In this document: piece after piece, positions 9,185 through 17,937 of the stretch
How the letters are laid out: each line of letters begins with the position of its first letter
Numbering within the stretch: the stretch's first letter is position 1
Assembly (NCBI GenBank): GCA_964641945.1
Contig: CAZXLQ010000002.1
Location: 1 to 57,323 of the forward strand
Direction of reading: 5' to 3'
Source: an uncultured Clostridia bacterium
GTDB taxonomy: Bacteria > Acidobacteriota > Blastocatellia > UBA7656 > JADIYM01
DNA length: 57,323 nucleotides
Program-made: the position numbers and the translations under genes
Notes under the pieces: generated by a model
The model's database searches: none
What the model was told of the DNA's origin: nothing
What the model saw: only the letters and a program-made list of their open reading frames with translations

Positions 9185-10081
9185 CTAGGCGCCGATCTGC
9201 AGGACGAATGGCACCGTGATGACCTTACCGGCACGCTGGAACTGCGCCCACACCTTGTAGAGACCGGCCTTCGGAAACTCGGTGTGCGCCATGACCTGAC
9301 TCGGACTGCCGGCCGCCTCGTGCGTGTTGCCGTGCGACCCGCCGTGATTCATCGCGCCATGGTCCATCCCCCCGGAATGCGCGTCCCCTTGGCCGTCCAT
9401 GTCTCCCGACATCGGATGGGCGTGCAGGAACTCCGAACCATCCTGGCTGATGAGGACGAAGTGGGCGTATTCACCGAGGTACTTCTCGAGGTTCGTGACC
9501 GGGTTGCCGCTGACCGCGTCCTTCACGTCGAAGTACAGCGTCGTGGGAGACCCGGGTTTCAATGCGCCGTCCGGCCGCAGTGTCACCGTGAGTCCATCGA
9601 CCGATTTCACGAGCGACGTATCGGCGACGAGCGCCTCTGGCGCACGTTGCGGTCCTTCGACATTGACCGGGATCGTGTCGACGGTCGCCTTGCCGCCTTC
9701 GGGCTTGTAGTCGGCATACAGCAGATACGGCCCACCGCTCGCGAATGTGTGCGTAACGGTCAGGCTGCCGTCGGCATTGGCCTGCGGGTGAATGTGGCTG
9801 AAATCGGCGAGGTCCTTCGAGACGACGAGCAGGTGCAGGGTCTTTTCGTGGACGACATCGAGGTTCCTGACGACGGCGCCGGAGGCATCCTTGACCGTGA
9901 ACGTAAGCTTGACCGGCTCACCGGCCTTGATGGTTGCCGGCTCCGTTGTCAGCTGCGCCTTCGCGACTCCCGTGGGCGTGGCTTTCTCAGCGGGCGCTCC
10001 GCCGCACGCAATCAACAGGGTCGCTCCACCAGTCAGCGCAACGGTCAGACATCCGATCAACAATCGATTCCCTGTTCGCAT
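9185..10081 (-). CDS. Lipoprotein with two tandem Ig-like (YtkA/FixH-like) domains and a His/Met/Asp-rich loop; putative periplasmic metal binder
   Basis: Start at MRTGNRLLIGCLTVALTGGATLLIACGG (lipobox), preceded by AAGGAG. Two related halves each end in an H-x-HP motif (FSHIHPQ and FLHAHPM). The second half carries HPMSGDMDGQGDAHSGGMDHGAMNHGGSHGNTHE. Confidence 0.65.
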   Translation of the reverse strand: MRTGNRLLIGCLTVALTGGATLLIACGGAPAEKATPTGVAKAQLTTEPATIKAGEPVKLTFTVKDASGAVVRNLDVVHEKTLHLLVVSKDLADFSHIHPQANADGSLTVTHTFASGGPYLLYADYKPEGGKATVDTIPVNVEGPQRAPEALVADTSLVKSVDGLTVTLRPDGALKPGSPTTLYFDVKDAVSGNPVTNLEKYLGEYAHFVLISQDGSEFLHAHPMSGDMDGQGDAHSGGMDHGAMNHGGSHGNTHEAAGSPSQVMAHTEFPKAGLYKVWAQFQRAGKVITVPFVLQIGA

Positions 10082-10125
10082 GGTTCTTACTCCTTCTTGG
10101 CGCCTTATTGGGCGCATTCCCGCAA

Positions 10126-12048
10126 CTACGGCTTCGTTGCACGAAGCTGGTACAGACCCTCGACGACGACGGCGTCGCCCGCCTTCAGGCCGGATGTCAC
10201 CGCGACGTACTCCTGACCCTCGCCGCCGATGGTGATCGGCCGCCGCTCGAACGACTCGCCGCCCGTGTGGACATAGACGTAGGTCTGGCCCTGATCGGAC
10301 ACGACGGCCAGCCTTGGAATCGCCAAAGCCGGGACCGCATCGGTCGTGTCGATCGTTACGTCGATGAACTGACCGTCGCGAAGCTGGTTGCCGGGATTCG
10401 GCACTGTGAAGACGACGGGCAAGGTGCGGGTCGCGGGATCGACGATCGACCCGATCGACACCAGTCGTCCGTTCCCCTCCCCGATGCGATAGACGACGTC
10501 CGGCTGTCCCGACAGGGTGAACGTCGCCGCGGTGAGGCCGCGGATCGCTTCGAGATGTCCCTCGAAGACTCTGGCCTCGACGTAGATACTCGACAGGTCG
10601 ACGATGCGCACGAGCTCGACACCGGCGTCGACCTGCTGGCCGCTCGTTGCGAGGATGTCGGTGACGATGCCCCCTACTGGCGCGATGAGCGGAAACGACC
10701 GGGATGCGCCCGTCGATCCGATGGACTTTTCGGCGACGGCAGCCTGCGCGTCGGCGGCCCTGGCGCCGGCCTCGGCCGTTGCGACCTCGAGCTCGGCGAT
10801 CCGCACGGCCGCTTCGGCTTCGTCGAGCCGCTTCTTCGGCGCCGCACCGATCTCCACGAGCGCTCTGGCTCTTGTGAGCTCGCGCTCGGCGACGGTGAGT
10901 CGCGCCCGCGCCTGGCTTGCTTCGCTTCGCTGCGCTGTCGCCAGCGCGCGCTGCTCGAGTGCGCGCGAGCGCAACTCGACGCGTTGGCCCTCGAGTTGCG
11001 CCTGTTCGGACGCGCCAAGCACTTGCTCGATCGATCCGATCGCCTGGCCGCGGCCGACGCTCGCGCCGATCCGAATGCCACCACCGAGCGTCAATCGGCC
11101 TGAGACCGGCGGCGAAACGATACCCTTCGCATCGGGCCGCGACTGGACCACGCCCGGCGCCTTGACACCGGCGACGACCGGACGCTCACCTGCTTCGACG
11201 GTGCGAATGCCGAAGAGAAGTTGTGACTGCTTCGGGATCGAAACGCTCAGGATCGATCCCGCCTCCGGTGCCGAGGCTGGTCCAGCCGCGGCGGATCCAC
11301 CGGGTTCCCGCTGCTCTCGTATTGGAACGAGCAACGACACGGCAGCGATGCCTGCGAGCAGGAGCGTGGCCGAGGCCGCGATTGGCCGGATCGGTCCTCG
11401 AAAGACACCCTGGTCGCGACGGCCAATGATCCGGAACGCCGGCAACGTCGCCGCAGCGCCGACCAATACGGCCAGGAGCCCATACCAGAAGAAGGCATTG
11501 ACCGGTGCCGCAATGATCGCAAGCGGAAAGTCGGTCGCGATCGTCCTCCCGTCCGACGTACGGACGTCGACCACGAGCCGTGCATCGCCCTGATCGTCGA
11601 AACGCATCGTCGTTGAATAGGCGCCGGACTCGGACGACGCCGCGATGCTCACGGGTTTGCCCGCAGCAGCGCCCGACAGCAGCGTCGGCGTGAGGCTCAC
11701 GGTCGCACCGACGATGGGCACGTCTCCGGTCGGGCCCCCGAATCCCCCTTCGACGAGCTCGACCACCGTCACTTCGACGAGCACCTGTTCGCCCGCCCGC
11801 GGGTCGATCGGCGAGTGCCAGAGCCCGACGCGGAACTGGCCTCCGTCGGTCGTGACGGTTCGTTCGGCGCGCCGACCGGGCGCACCGGCCGTCGACGCTC
11901 CGCTCGTCGCTGTGGCTTTCGGCGCCGCGGAGTCGTGACTGTGATCGTCGCCGCCATCCGCCAACGCCATCGCCGGGAGAATTGCGAGTAGCGCCGCGAC
12001 GGTCGAGAGCCGCACGAAGGCTCGCTGACTTGTGGAAGACGTTCGCAT
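10126..12048 (-). CDS. RND periplasmic adaptor (MFP/HlyD-type) with a ~250-aa N-terminal extension (signal peptide, His-rich tag, Ig-like domain, TM hairpin)
   Basis: The C-terminal ~380 aa has typical MFP features: a coiled-coil hairpin rich in A/E/R, then a beta-barrel and membrane-proximal domain (LIAPVGGIVTDI..., VYVHTGGESFERRPITIG). The N-terminus is MRTSS...ALADGGDDHSHDS, followed by a beta-rich domain and two TM helices. Confidence 0.85.
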   Translation of the reverse strand: MRTSSTSQRAFVRLSTVAALLAILPAMALADGGDDHSHDSAAPKATATSGASTAGAPGRRAERTVTTDGGQFRVGLWHSPIDPRAGEQVLVEVTVVELVEGGFGGPTGDVPIVGATVSLTPTLLSGAAAGKPVSIAASSESGAYSTTMRFDDQGDARLVVDVRTSDGRTIATDFPLAIIAAPVNAFFWYGLLAVLVGAAATLPAFRIIGRRDQGVFRGPIRPIAASATLLLAGIAAVSLLVPIREQREPGGSAAAGPASAPEAGSILSVSIPKQSQLLFGIRTVEAGERPVVAGVKAPGVVQSRPDAKGIVSPPVSGRLTLGGGIRIGASVGRGQAIGSIEQVLGASEQAQLEGQRVELRSRALEQRALATAQRSEASQARARLTVAERELTRARALVEIGAAPKKRLDEAEAAVRIAELEVATAEAGARAADAQAAVAEKSIGSTGASRSFPLIAPVGGIVTDILATSGQQVDAGVELVRIVDLSSIYVEARVFEGHLEAIRGLTAATFTLSGQPDVVYRIGEGNGRLVSIGSIVDPATRTLPVVFTVPNPGNQLRDGQFIDVTIDTTDAVPALAIPRLAVVSDQGQTYVYVHTGGESFERRPITIGGEGQEYVAVTSGLKAGDAVVVEGLYQLRATKP

Positions 12049-12056
12049 CGTGGTTC

Positions 12057-12668
12057 TCAGTGGCTATGCGCCTTGCCGTAGAGCGTCTGCATCACGTGCG
12101 AGTCCTGTCGCACGGCGTCGGCGATCGCTTTCGCCGTGGCTTCGTCGACGCCCGCGGCCTTGATGTCCTTCCCGACGGCGATGGCGTCGTCGTGCCCCTT
12201 GTTCTTGAACTGCGAAAGGAACGCTTCGTCCACGCCTGCAGCCCGAACTTCGCGAATCATCGGCAGGCCGTTGTGGCTGTCGTAGACGATGACGAGCTCG
12301 GTTCCGCCCGCCTTGACGACGGTTGCGGCGCCGATCTGCTTGCGAGCGCCCGAGCCGGTCTCGTAGGCGATGTAGGTGTGGTGGTCGCGGTCGGCGATCT
12401 TCGTCTCTGTACCCTTCTCGACCGTGGCGACCTGCTCGTCGGTCAGAGCCTTGTGCTCGATCGTCACCGATTGCGCCGTCGCGAACACAGCCTTGACGGC
12501 TGCGGGCACGTCGTCACTGGTCGCCTTCGGAGCGTTCGCGGCCGACGGCGCGGCGGCATCCGGTTTCGCGGTGGGCTTTGCCCCATCGCCGGCAGGCGGC
12601 GAGCCGGAGCACGCCGTGAGGCCCGAAAGCGCCGCCGCAAGAAGAAGAATCGACAATCGAATGTGCAT
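12057..12668 (-). CDS. Lipoprotein of unknown function
   Basis: Signal peptide and lipobox MHIRLSILLLAAALSGLTACSG. High GC3. Tightly packed between the OMF gene (stop 3 nt upstream) and the adaptor gene. Confidence 0.6.
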   Translation of the reverse strand: MHIRLSILLLAAALSGLTACSGSPPAGDGAKPTAKPDAAAPSAANAPKATSDDVPAAVKAVFATAQSVTIEHKALTDEQVATVEKGTETKIADRDHHTYIAYETGSGARKQIGAATVVKAGGTELVIVYDSHNGLPMIREVRAAGVDEAFLSQFKNKGHDDAIAVGKDIKAAGVDEATAKAIADAVRQDSHVMQTLYGKAHSH

Positions 12669-12670
12669 GG

Positions 12671-14152
12671 TCAGTTTCCTTTCAATTCGGTCGTGCCGTC
12701 CGGCGTGCGAGCCGGTGGCGTGATGATGGGCGCACCTTCCGAGGCAGGACCCGGTGGCGCCGGGATCGGTGTGGGCGGTGTGACACGCTCAACGGTCACG
12801 AGTGGAGCGCCGACCGCCGCTTCGAGGACCGCCAGGGCCGCATACGTGTCGCGAAGCGCGGCTGCGTACGCCGTCTCGATCTCGACCGTCCTGCGCTGCT
12901 CCGCAAGGACGTCGAACACCGACAGTCCGCCGAGCCCATAGGCCTGCCGGACGCTTGCGAGCGCCCTTCGCTGACGCGGGAGCATTGCCGTCGCGTAGAG
13001 CGTGAGAGACTCGGAAGCGGCACGGTAGCGCGCGAAGGCGTCGGCGACGTCACGCGTGATCGTCGCCTCGACCGCTTCGCGCTCGGCAAGTGCCTGCGAC
13101 CGGGCGGCCACGCTCGAGAGGATCTCGCCCTGGTTCCGGTTGGCGACCGGGATTTCGATCGAGATGCCGAACCTGAGCGTTCGCTCCGGGAGCGTACCCG
13201 TTACAGCGCCTGACTCAACGTTATGAAGCGTGGACGTCGAGTACCGAACGGAGGCGACGACGTCGGGAGTGCGCCCCGCCTCGGCAAGCCGCAATCGTGC
13301 CGCGGCGGCCTTCTCGGCGGCGCGCGCAGCGATAAGTTCGGGCCGAGACTGCCGGGCGAGCAGTGAGAGTTCATCAGCACTCTGGGCCACGAGCGGTGGC
13401 GACTCCGGAAGCGGTGCGATGACAAGCGCTTCGCCTGGAGCAAGTCCGACAAGCTCGCGAATCCCGGCGACCTCGACAGCGAGGCTTGCACGGGCTTCGA
13501 TCATCTGGACGCGAAGGCGGTCGGACTCCTGCTCGATGAGCGCGAGGTCGAGCCCCGACGCGTCGCCTTCGGCGAGCCGCGCTCGAGTCAGTCGCGCGAG
13601 ATCGTCATTGAGTCGCACGAGCTCGCTGTAGGCGGCGAGCAGCCGGTCGGCGCCCTGCGCGCGAGCGACGGCGCCGCGGACATCAGCCGAGAATCGATTC
13701 AGCACTGCATCGACCCCTGCTCGCGCTCGTTCGGTCTCGGCCTCCGCGACGTCGATGCGGCGTGTGCGCTTTCCGCCGAGCTCGAATCGCTGCGCGACGC
13801 CAACCTCGAATTCCTGCTTGTTCGTCTCGCCGAAGATCCCGGGCGGACCGACGACGGTCTCGAGCTCGGGATTTGGTCGAAGGCCTGCCTGCACTCGGGC
13901 GCCTTCGGCAATGTCGACCTGCAGTCGCTCGGCCCGAAGAGCCGGACGCCGGCTACGTCCGAGTTGAATGATCTGGTCGACCGTTTGTCCCGCCGTGTCG
14001 AAGAGCTCGCTCCGGTAAGGTGCGACGGCTGGGGGTGCCGCAGTCGCGGGATTCGCGGACTCCTGCGCGGACGCAATGCCAGGCCCGGCGATAGACAACG
14101 CGAGCACCACGGCTGCACACACGAGCCGGCGCATACGGTGAATGCGCCTCAT
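12671..14152 (-). CDS. TolC/CzcC-family outer-membrane efflux factor (OMF 1)
   Basis: Start set at MRRIHRMRRLVCAAVVLALSIAGPGIASAQ, which forms an ATGA overlap with the upstream ORF stop. An alternative ATG lies 18 nt downstream. Two repeated helical OEP-type halves are present. Confidence 0.85.
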   Translation of the reverse strand: MRRIHRMRRLVCAAVVLALSIAGPGIASAQESANPATAAPPAVAPYRSELFDTAGQTVDQIIQLGRSRRPALRAERLQVDIAEGARVQAGLRPNPELETVVGPPGIFGETNKQEFEVGVAQRFELGGKRTRRIDVAEAETERARAGVDAVLNRFSADVRGAVARAQGADRLLAAYSELVRLNDDLARLTRARLAEGDASGLDLALIEQESDRLRVQMIEARASLAVEVAGIRELVGLAPGEALVIAPLPESPPLVAQSADELSLLARQSRPELIAARAAEKAAAARLRLAEAGRTPDVVASVRYSTSTLHNVESGAVTGTLPERTLRFGISIEIPVANRNQGEILSSVAARSQALAEREAVEATITRDVADAFARYRAASESLTLYATAMLPRQRRALASVRQAYGLGGLSVFDVLAEQRRTVEIETAYAAALRDTYAALAVLEAAVGAPLVTVERVTPPTPIPAPPGPASEGAPIITPPARTPDGTTELKGN

Positions 14153-14739
14153 ACCGGTATCGCAACGGCGTTTCGGCGTCTCGAAATGCGCGGCCACAGA
14201 GCCACGACCCAGATGCCGGCAACGACCAGGAAAAACGCCGAGATGACGAGCGTGAACGGCGAGAGGGCGGACCTGCTGCCGACCGGCGCGGCCTTCGGTG
14301 CAGCAACGGTCAATGCGCCAACCTTCACGTCGAAGGTCTCGCCTCCGCGCTCGATCTGGACTGCGAGATCGTAGGTGCCCGACGGTTGCGCCGAGACGTC
14401 CGCAAACAGCATTCCCGGAATTTCACCAGTCGCGGCGCTCGTTCGAACGCTGCCCACGACGAGCGTGAGCTTCGCATCCGCGATCGGCGCGTTCGTGGCG
14501 GCATCGGTCAGGAAGAGCTCGGCGAGCCAGGGCGTGTCGGGAAGGACGGCGTCGTGTTTGACGACGATCTCCATTTCATGCGCTGTCGCGGTTCGAACGA
14601 CCTTCGAGCCGGCTTCGTTGACGACCTTGGCGGCGTCTTCACTGTGGTCCTCGCCGCCGTGTCCCAGAGCCGGCATCGCTGAGACAAGCGCAGCTGTCAA
14701 GACGAACAGAGCGACGGTGAAACGATGGAGCCTTCGCAT
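14149..14739 (-). CDS. Secreted, C-terminally TM-anchored His-tagged Ig-like protein; stand-alone paralogue of the adaptor N-terminal module
   Basis: 196 aa. Signal peptide, then a mature N-terminus HGGEDHSED, a beta-rich domain, and a TM helix (LSPFTLVISAFFLVVAGIWVVALW). It is the first gene downstream of a consensus sigma54 promoter. Confidence 0.65.
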   Translation of the reverse strand: MRRLHRFTVALFVLTAALVSAMPALGHGGEDHSEDAAKVVNEAGSKVVRTATAHEMEIVVKHDAVLPDTPWLAELFLTDAATNAPIADAKLTLVVGSVRTSAATGEIPGMLFADVSAQPSGTYDLAVQIERGGETFDVKVGALTVAAPKAAPVGSRSALSPFTLVISAFFLVVAGIWVVALWPRISRRRNAVAIPV

Positions 14740-14780
14740 ATCTTGATCCTCCCCCGACTAACGAGAACCTCAGGGACGTA

Positions 14781-14795
14781 GCAAACAACGTGCCG
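14781..14795 (-). promoter_or_regulatory. Sigma54 promoter P1 (GGCACG-TTGT-TTGCT) for the 10-gene RND1 operon
   Basis: The minus strand reads CCGGCACGTTGTTTGCTAC, an exact GG-N10-GC match to the extended consensus. The -12 element lies ~40 nt upstream of the ATG at 14739. Confidence 0.75.
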
Positions 14796-14894
14796 GGCCG
14801 ACACCGGGACACGGTCGACGCAGAAGTTGCTGCGATAGATGCCCTAGTGAATCCATTCGGCACGATACTTAGTATGTTGGACGCGCCGCCAAAC

Positions 14895-14930
14895 GTCTGG
14901 TTTCAGACAGCGGGCTGTTTGAAACCAGAC
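14895..14930. promoter_or_regulatory. 36-bp near-perfect palindrome (17-bp arms, one mismatch); candidate enhancer (UAS) for P1
   Basis: Sequence is GTCTGGTTTCAGACAGC-GG-GCTGTTTGAAACCAGAC. It is centred ~117 bp upstream of the P1 -24 element and contains GTCTG-N4-CAGAC, which is also found upstream of P5. It could alternatively be the terminator hairpin of the decayed upstream gene. Confidence 0.45.
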
Positions 14931-14971
14931 AGTCCGTTCTAGCGTTGAAGGGGTTCGAGCACGTCGCGCCG

Positions 14972-15217
14972 TCAGTCAGCTTGTCCGCGCAGCATCCGCG
15001 TGCCGTAGGACCACACGTAGTCGCCGGCCTTGTCAGGCGTGAACTCGATCGTCGTCGTCGTTGATCGAGGGCACGTCGCGCGCAACTCCGAAGTGGCCGA
15101 ACACAACGTGCTGGCTGCACTGTGCCACTCGCACTCTCGGTGGCCATGTCGCGTGCGCCGACTGCACATTCCGGCACGCCATGCTGCCATCCGGACCTCG
15201 GTCTAGACCGAGGTCAT
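14972..15217 (-). pseudogene. Decayed cupredoxin-like (plastocyanin/EfeO-N type) gene remnant
   Basis: A GGGAGGA RBS and ATG are followed by an in-frame TAG after 4 codons. One frame gives ...CSQHVVFGHFGVARDVPSINDDDD and, after a frameshift in the GAC repeat, IEFTPDKAGDYVWSYGTRMLRG. The expected family motif is ...EFTP.KAGEY.F.CGMGMLRG, and the Cys/Met ligands are mutated. Confidence 0.5.
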
Positions 15218-15366
15218 GTAAATCCTCCCGTCGGCGTCGGCGAATAGGTACAGCGCCGCGCCTCCGGTCGAGGAAGAGTCCTGACTTTGCGATCGGCCTC
15301 GGCCCGGGTTGCAGCCCGAGCCGGGATCGAGGCCGGGCGCGTCGAAGATGACGAATCTGTCACGTA

Positions 15367-15825
15367 TCAGGAACCCGCCGGTAACACCTTGATCGTGTCA
15401 ACCTTCAGGTAGTGCTTGTCGCCCTCATGCCGCGCCGTTCCCGTGACTTCAGCGTGGACGCCCGTGTGCGCGGTCCAATCCTTACCATCCTTCTTGAGCG
15501 ACATCTTGCCGTCCTCGAGGATGTATAGCCGAGTCTCACCGTTCTCGGTCACCGCGAGTGCACCGGGCACGTCACTCTTGGCGCAGCGGACGGCACATGT
15601 CTTATCAGCCTCGGTCCCGTAGGCAACCGTCTTGCGATCGGCTTCAAACCAGCACATCGAACAGACGACCTGGCCTCTGAGCGTAACCGTCGCGGCGGAA
15701 GGATGCGCATGCTCGTGTTGATCGGGTCCGTGTTCTGCGTGGTTGTGTTGGGCGCGAACGGGCATCGTGGCCGCGCCTGCGACCAGCAACATCACGCTCG
15801 CGAGAGAGAATGCAAGGGTCTTCAT
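15367..15825 (-). CDS. Secreted His-rich, four-Cys protein of unknown function (last gene of the DUF2318-ABC cluster)
   Basis: Start at MKTLAFSLASVMLLVAGAATMPVRAQ, preceded by AGGAG. The mature N-terminus is HNHAEHGPDQHEHAH. A CxxC-X17-CxxxC pattern is present (CSMCWF...KTCAVRC). Confidence 0.65.
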   Translation of the reverse strand: MKTLAFSLASVMLLVAGAATMPVRAQHNHAEHGPDQHEHAHPSAATVTLRGQVVCSMCWFEADRKTVAYGTEADKTCAVRCAKSDVPGALAVTENGETRLYILEDGKMSLKKDGKDWTAHTGVHAEVTGTARHEGDKHYLKVDTIKVLPAGS

Positions 15826-15901
15826 TCGATCACTCCTTCTGATTGACAGTCGTATTTCCGGTTCATCTCCTTCGAATCCGCTCGGACCCGATACACGGCG
15901 A

Positions 15902-16663
15902 TCACCTTCGTGACTCGACGGCCGCGCGGTCATGGTCGTCGAGGAACTCGGCCTGTGGATCGCGTGCGGGGTCGGAGTCGCCCAACGAGCTGTCACCGAC
16001 TACCTGCCCGTCGAGGAGGCGTACGACCCGGCGAGCGAGGCGGGCGACCGACTCGTCGTGCGTGACGACGACGACCGTGTGTCCGGCGCGGTTGAGTTCC
16101 GAGAGCAACTCCATTACCGCTCGACCGGTGCCGCTGTCGAGGTTGCCTGTGGGCTCGTCGGCCAGGATGAGCGGGGGCTCGTTGACCACGGCTCTGGCGA
16201 TGGCGACGCGCGCCTGTTCGCCGCCCGAGAGCTCCGACGGCAGACGACGCTCCATGTCCCCGAGGCCGACCGACTCGAGCGCTCGAAGCGCCAGCTCCCG
16301 CTTCTCTCGCGCCCCCAGCCTTGTGACGACGAGCGGGAGCTCGACGTTCTCGACCGCAGTCAGGTATGGCATGAGGTGGTGTTGCTGGAAGACAAAGCCG
16401 AGGTATTCGTTCCGAAAGTCGGCCCGCCTCTCATCAGTGAGCCCGTAGACGTCGATTCCTTCGAATCGGACGCTCCCTCGTGTCGGCTTGTTCATTGCGC
16501 CGAGAATCGTCAAAAGTGTCGACTTGCCCGAGCCCGATGGCCCCATGAGCGCGACGAACTCGCCCTCGGAGATCGAGAGGTCGACGCCGTCGAGCGCCGG
16601 CAGGTCGGCCACCGCGTAAAGCTTCCAGACATCCTCGAGCGAGATGAAGTCCCGATCAGACAT
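15902..16663 (-). CDS. ABC transporter ATP-binding protein (MacB/LolD-type)
   Basis: Start at MSDRDFISLEDV. Walker A is GPSGSGKST, the signature is LSGGEQARVAIARA, and Walker B is LILADEPTGNLD. It overlaps the permease gene by 8 nt. Confidence 0.9.
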   Translation of the reverse strand: MSDRDFISLEDVWKLYAVADLPALDGVDLSISEGEFVALMGPSGSGKSTLLTILGAMNKPTRGSVRFEGIDVYGLTDERRADFRNEYLGFVFQQHHLMPYLTAVENVELPLVVTRLGAREKRELALRALESVGLGDMERRLPSELSGGEQARVAIARAVVNEPPLILADEPTGNLDSGTGRAVMELLSELNRAGHTVVVVTHDESVARLARRVVRLLDGQVVGDSSLGDSDPARDPQAEFLDDHDRAAVESRR

Positions 16664-17927
16664 TGCGGAGCGCCTCCGTGGGGTCGAGTCGCGAGGCCCT
16701 GAGCGCCGGATAGAGAGCGCCGAGTGCGCCGAGCGCGACCGCGCCGCCAACGGCGACGAGCGCGACGATCGGGTCCGCCTCGACGGCCAGGGCGGCCCCT
16801 TGCGTGAAATACCGAATGGCGAGCGCCCCGACCCCGAGCCCGAGCCCCCAGCCGACGAACCCTCCGACCGCGGAAACGGCCGCGATCTCGATGCCGAGGA
16901 TGCAGAGGATGTGCGACCGGCGGAAGCCGACCGCGCGGAGGACGCCGATTTCGCGCCGCCGCTCGGTGACCGAGCTCGTCACCGTGACGAATACCAGCAG
17001 CGCGCCTACGACGAGAACGACCATGGCGAGCGCCGCGCCGAAGCGGCCGACGCGCGCGAGCGTCATCGAGCGGGCCTTGACGGCCTGCTGCACGGCCGTC
17101 ACCTGCGCGTTCGGAAGTGCGTCCGAGATCTGGGCGACCATCATCTCGACCGGACATTCGATGCAGAGCGCCGAGACCTCGACGAGGCTCAGCTCGCCGG
17201 GCCGGCCGAGGAGTTCCTGGGCCGTGGCAAGGTCGACGAACGCCATCCGGTCGTCGGCCGAGCCCACGGGCGCAAGCACGCCCGCGACCCGGAAATCGCG
17301 CCCGCCGAGCCTGACCAGGACATGGGCGAGCTCGACGGGGCTCGCTTCCTGCGTGCCCTCGGCCGGTTCCGCTCTCGTCGCTCGACCTGCGTGCGTCGCG
17401 TGGCGCGACGCGTCTTCGGACTCGGGCGCCTCGGCCGCGACGCCGGCGAGCACGGCCGCAGCCTCGCTGCCGAGCAACACCTCGTCGCGAGCGGTGGGGA
17501 GGCGGCCGTCGACGTGCCACCATGACTTCAACCGGGTCGTCTCCTCGAAGTCGACGCCCGCCACCGGGACGCGCCGGCCTCCGGCGTCGACCGAGCCGAC
17601 GAGCGCAGGGGCGACGACGGCGAGTCGCTCGGCGTATTCGATCGAGCGAATCGCATCGAGATCCTCGAAGCGAAGCCGCTCGACCTCGTAAGAGACGCCC
17701 GAGACCGAGACTCCACCGTAGCTCACCTCGAGGCCGTCGGTGCGCGGCGCAACGACGATGTTCGCGCCGTAGCGGTCGATCTCCTCGCCAAGGTGACGTT
17801 CGAGCGCCGTCGTGACGCCGGCAAGCGCCACAGCCGTCGCGACGCCGATTGCGAGCCCGACGGCGACGAGCGCGGCGCGGGCCTTGCCGCGCCGCAGGTG
17901 CTCAAATGCGATGCTCGCGAGTCTCAC
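16656..17927 (-). CDS. FtsX/MacB-type ABC transporter permease
   Basis: GTG start gives VRLASIAFEHLRRGKARAALVAVGLAIG, 10 nt after the upstream stop. It has a large periplasmic domain between TM1 and TM2 and a C-terminal FtsX-like 3-TM bundle. The start codon is uncertain. Confidence 0.75.
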   Translation of the reverse strand: MRLASIAFEHLRRGKARAALVAVGLAIGVATAVALAGVTTALERHLGEEIDRYGANIVVAPRTDGLEVSYGGVSVSGVSYEVERLRFEDLDAIRSIEYAERLAVVAPALVGSVDAGGRRVPVAGVDFEETTRLKSWWHVDGRLPTARDEVLLGSEAAAVLAGVAAEAPESEDASRHATHAGRATRAEPAEGTQEASPVELAHVLVRLGGRDFRVAGVLAPVGSADDRMAFVDLATAQELLGRPGELSLVEVSALCIECPVEMMVAQISDALPNAQVTAVQQAVKARSMTLARVGRFGAALAMVVLVVGALLVFVTVTSSVTERRREIGVLRAVGFRRSHILCILGIEIAAVSAVGGFVGWGLGLGVGALAIRYFTQGAALAVEADPIVALVAVGGAVALGALGALYPALRASRLDPTEALRNV

Positions 17928-17937
17928 AAGCAGCGCC

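Noticed and set aside
15218-15366. Open frame reading ...FVIFDAPGLDPGSGCNPGRG...GGAALYLFADADGRIYMTSV upstream of the cupredoxin relic, possibly the C-terminus of another decayed gene.
   Set aside because: It has no start codon and no identifiable family, and it overlaps the relic's RBS. The evidence is insufficient.
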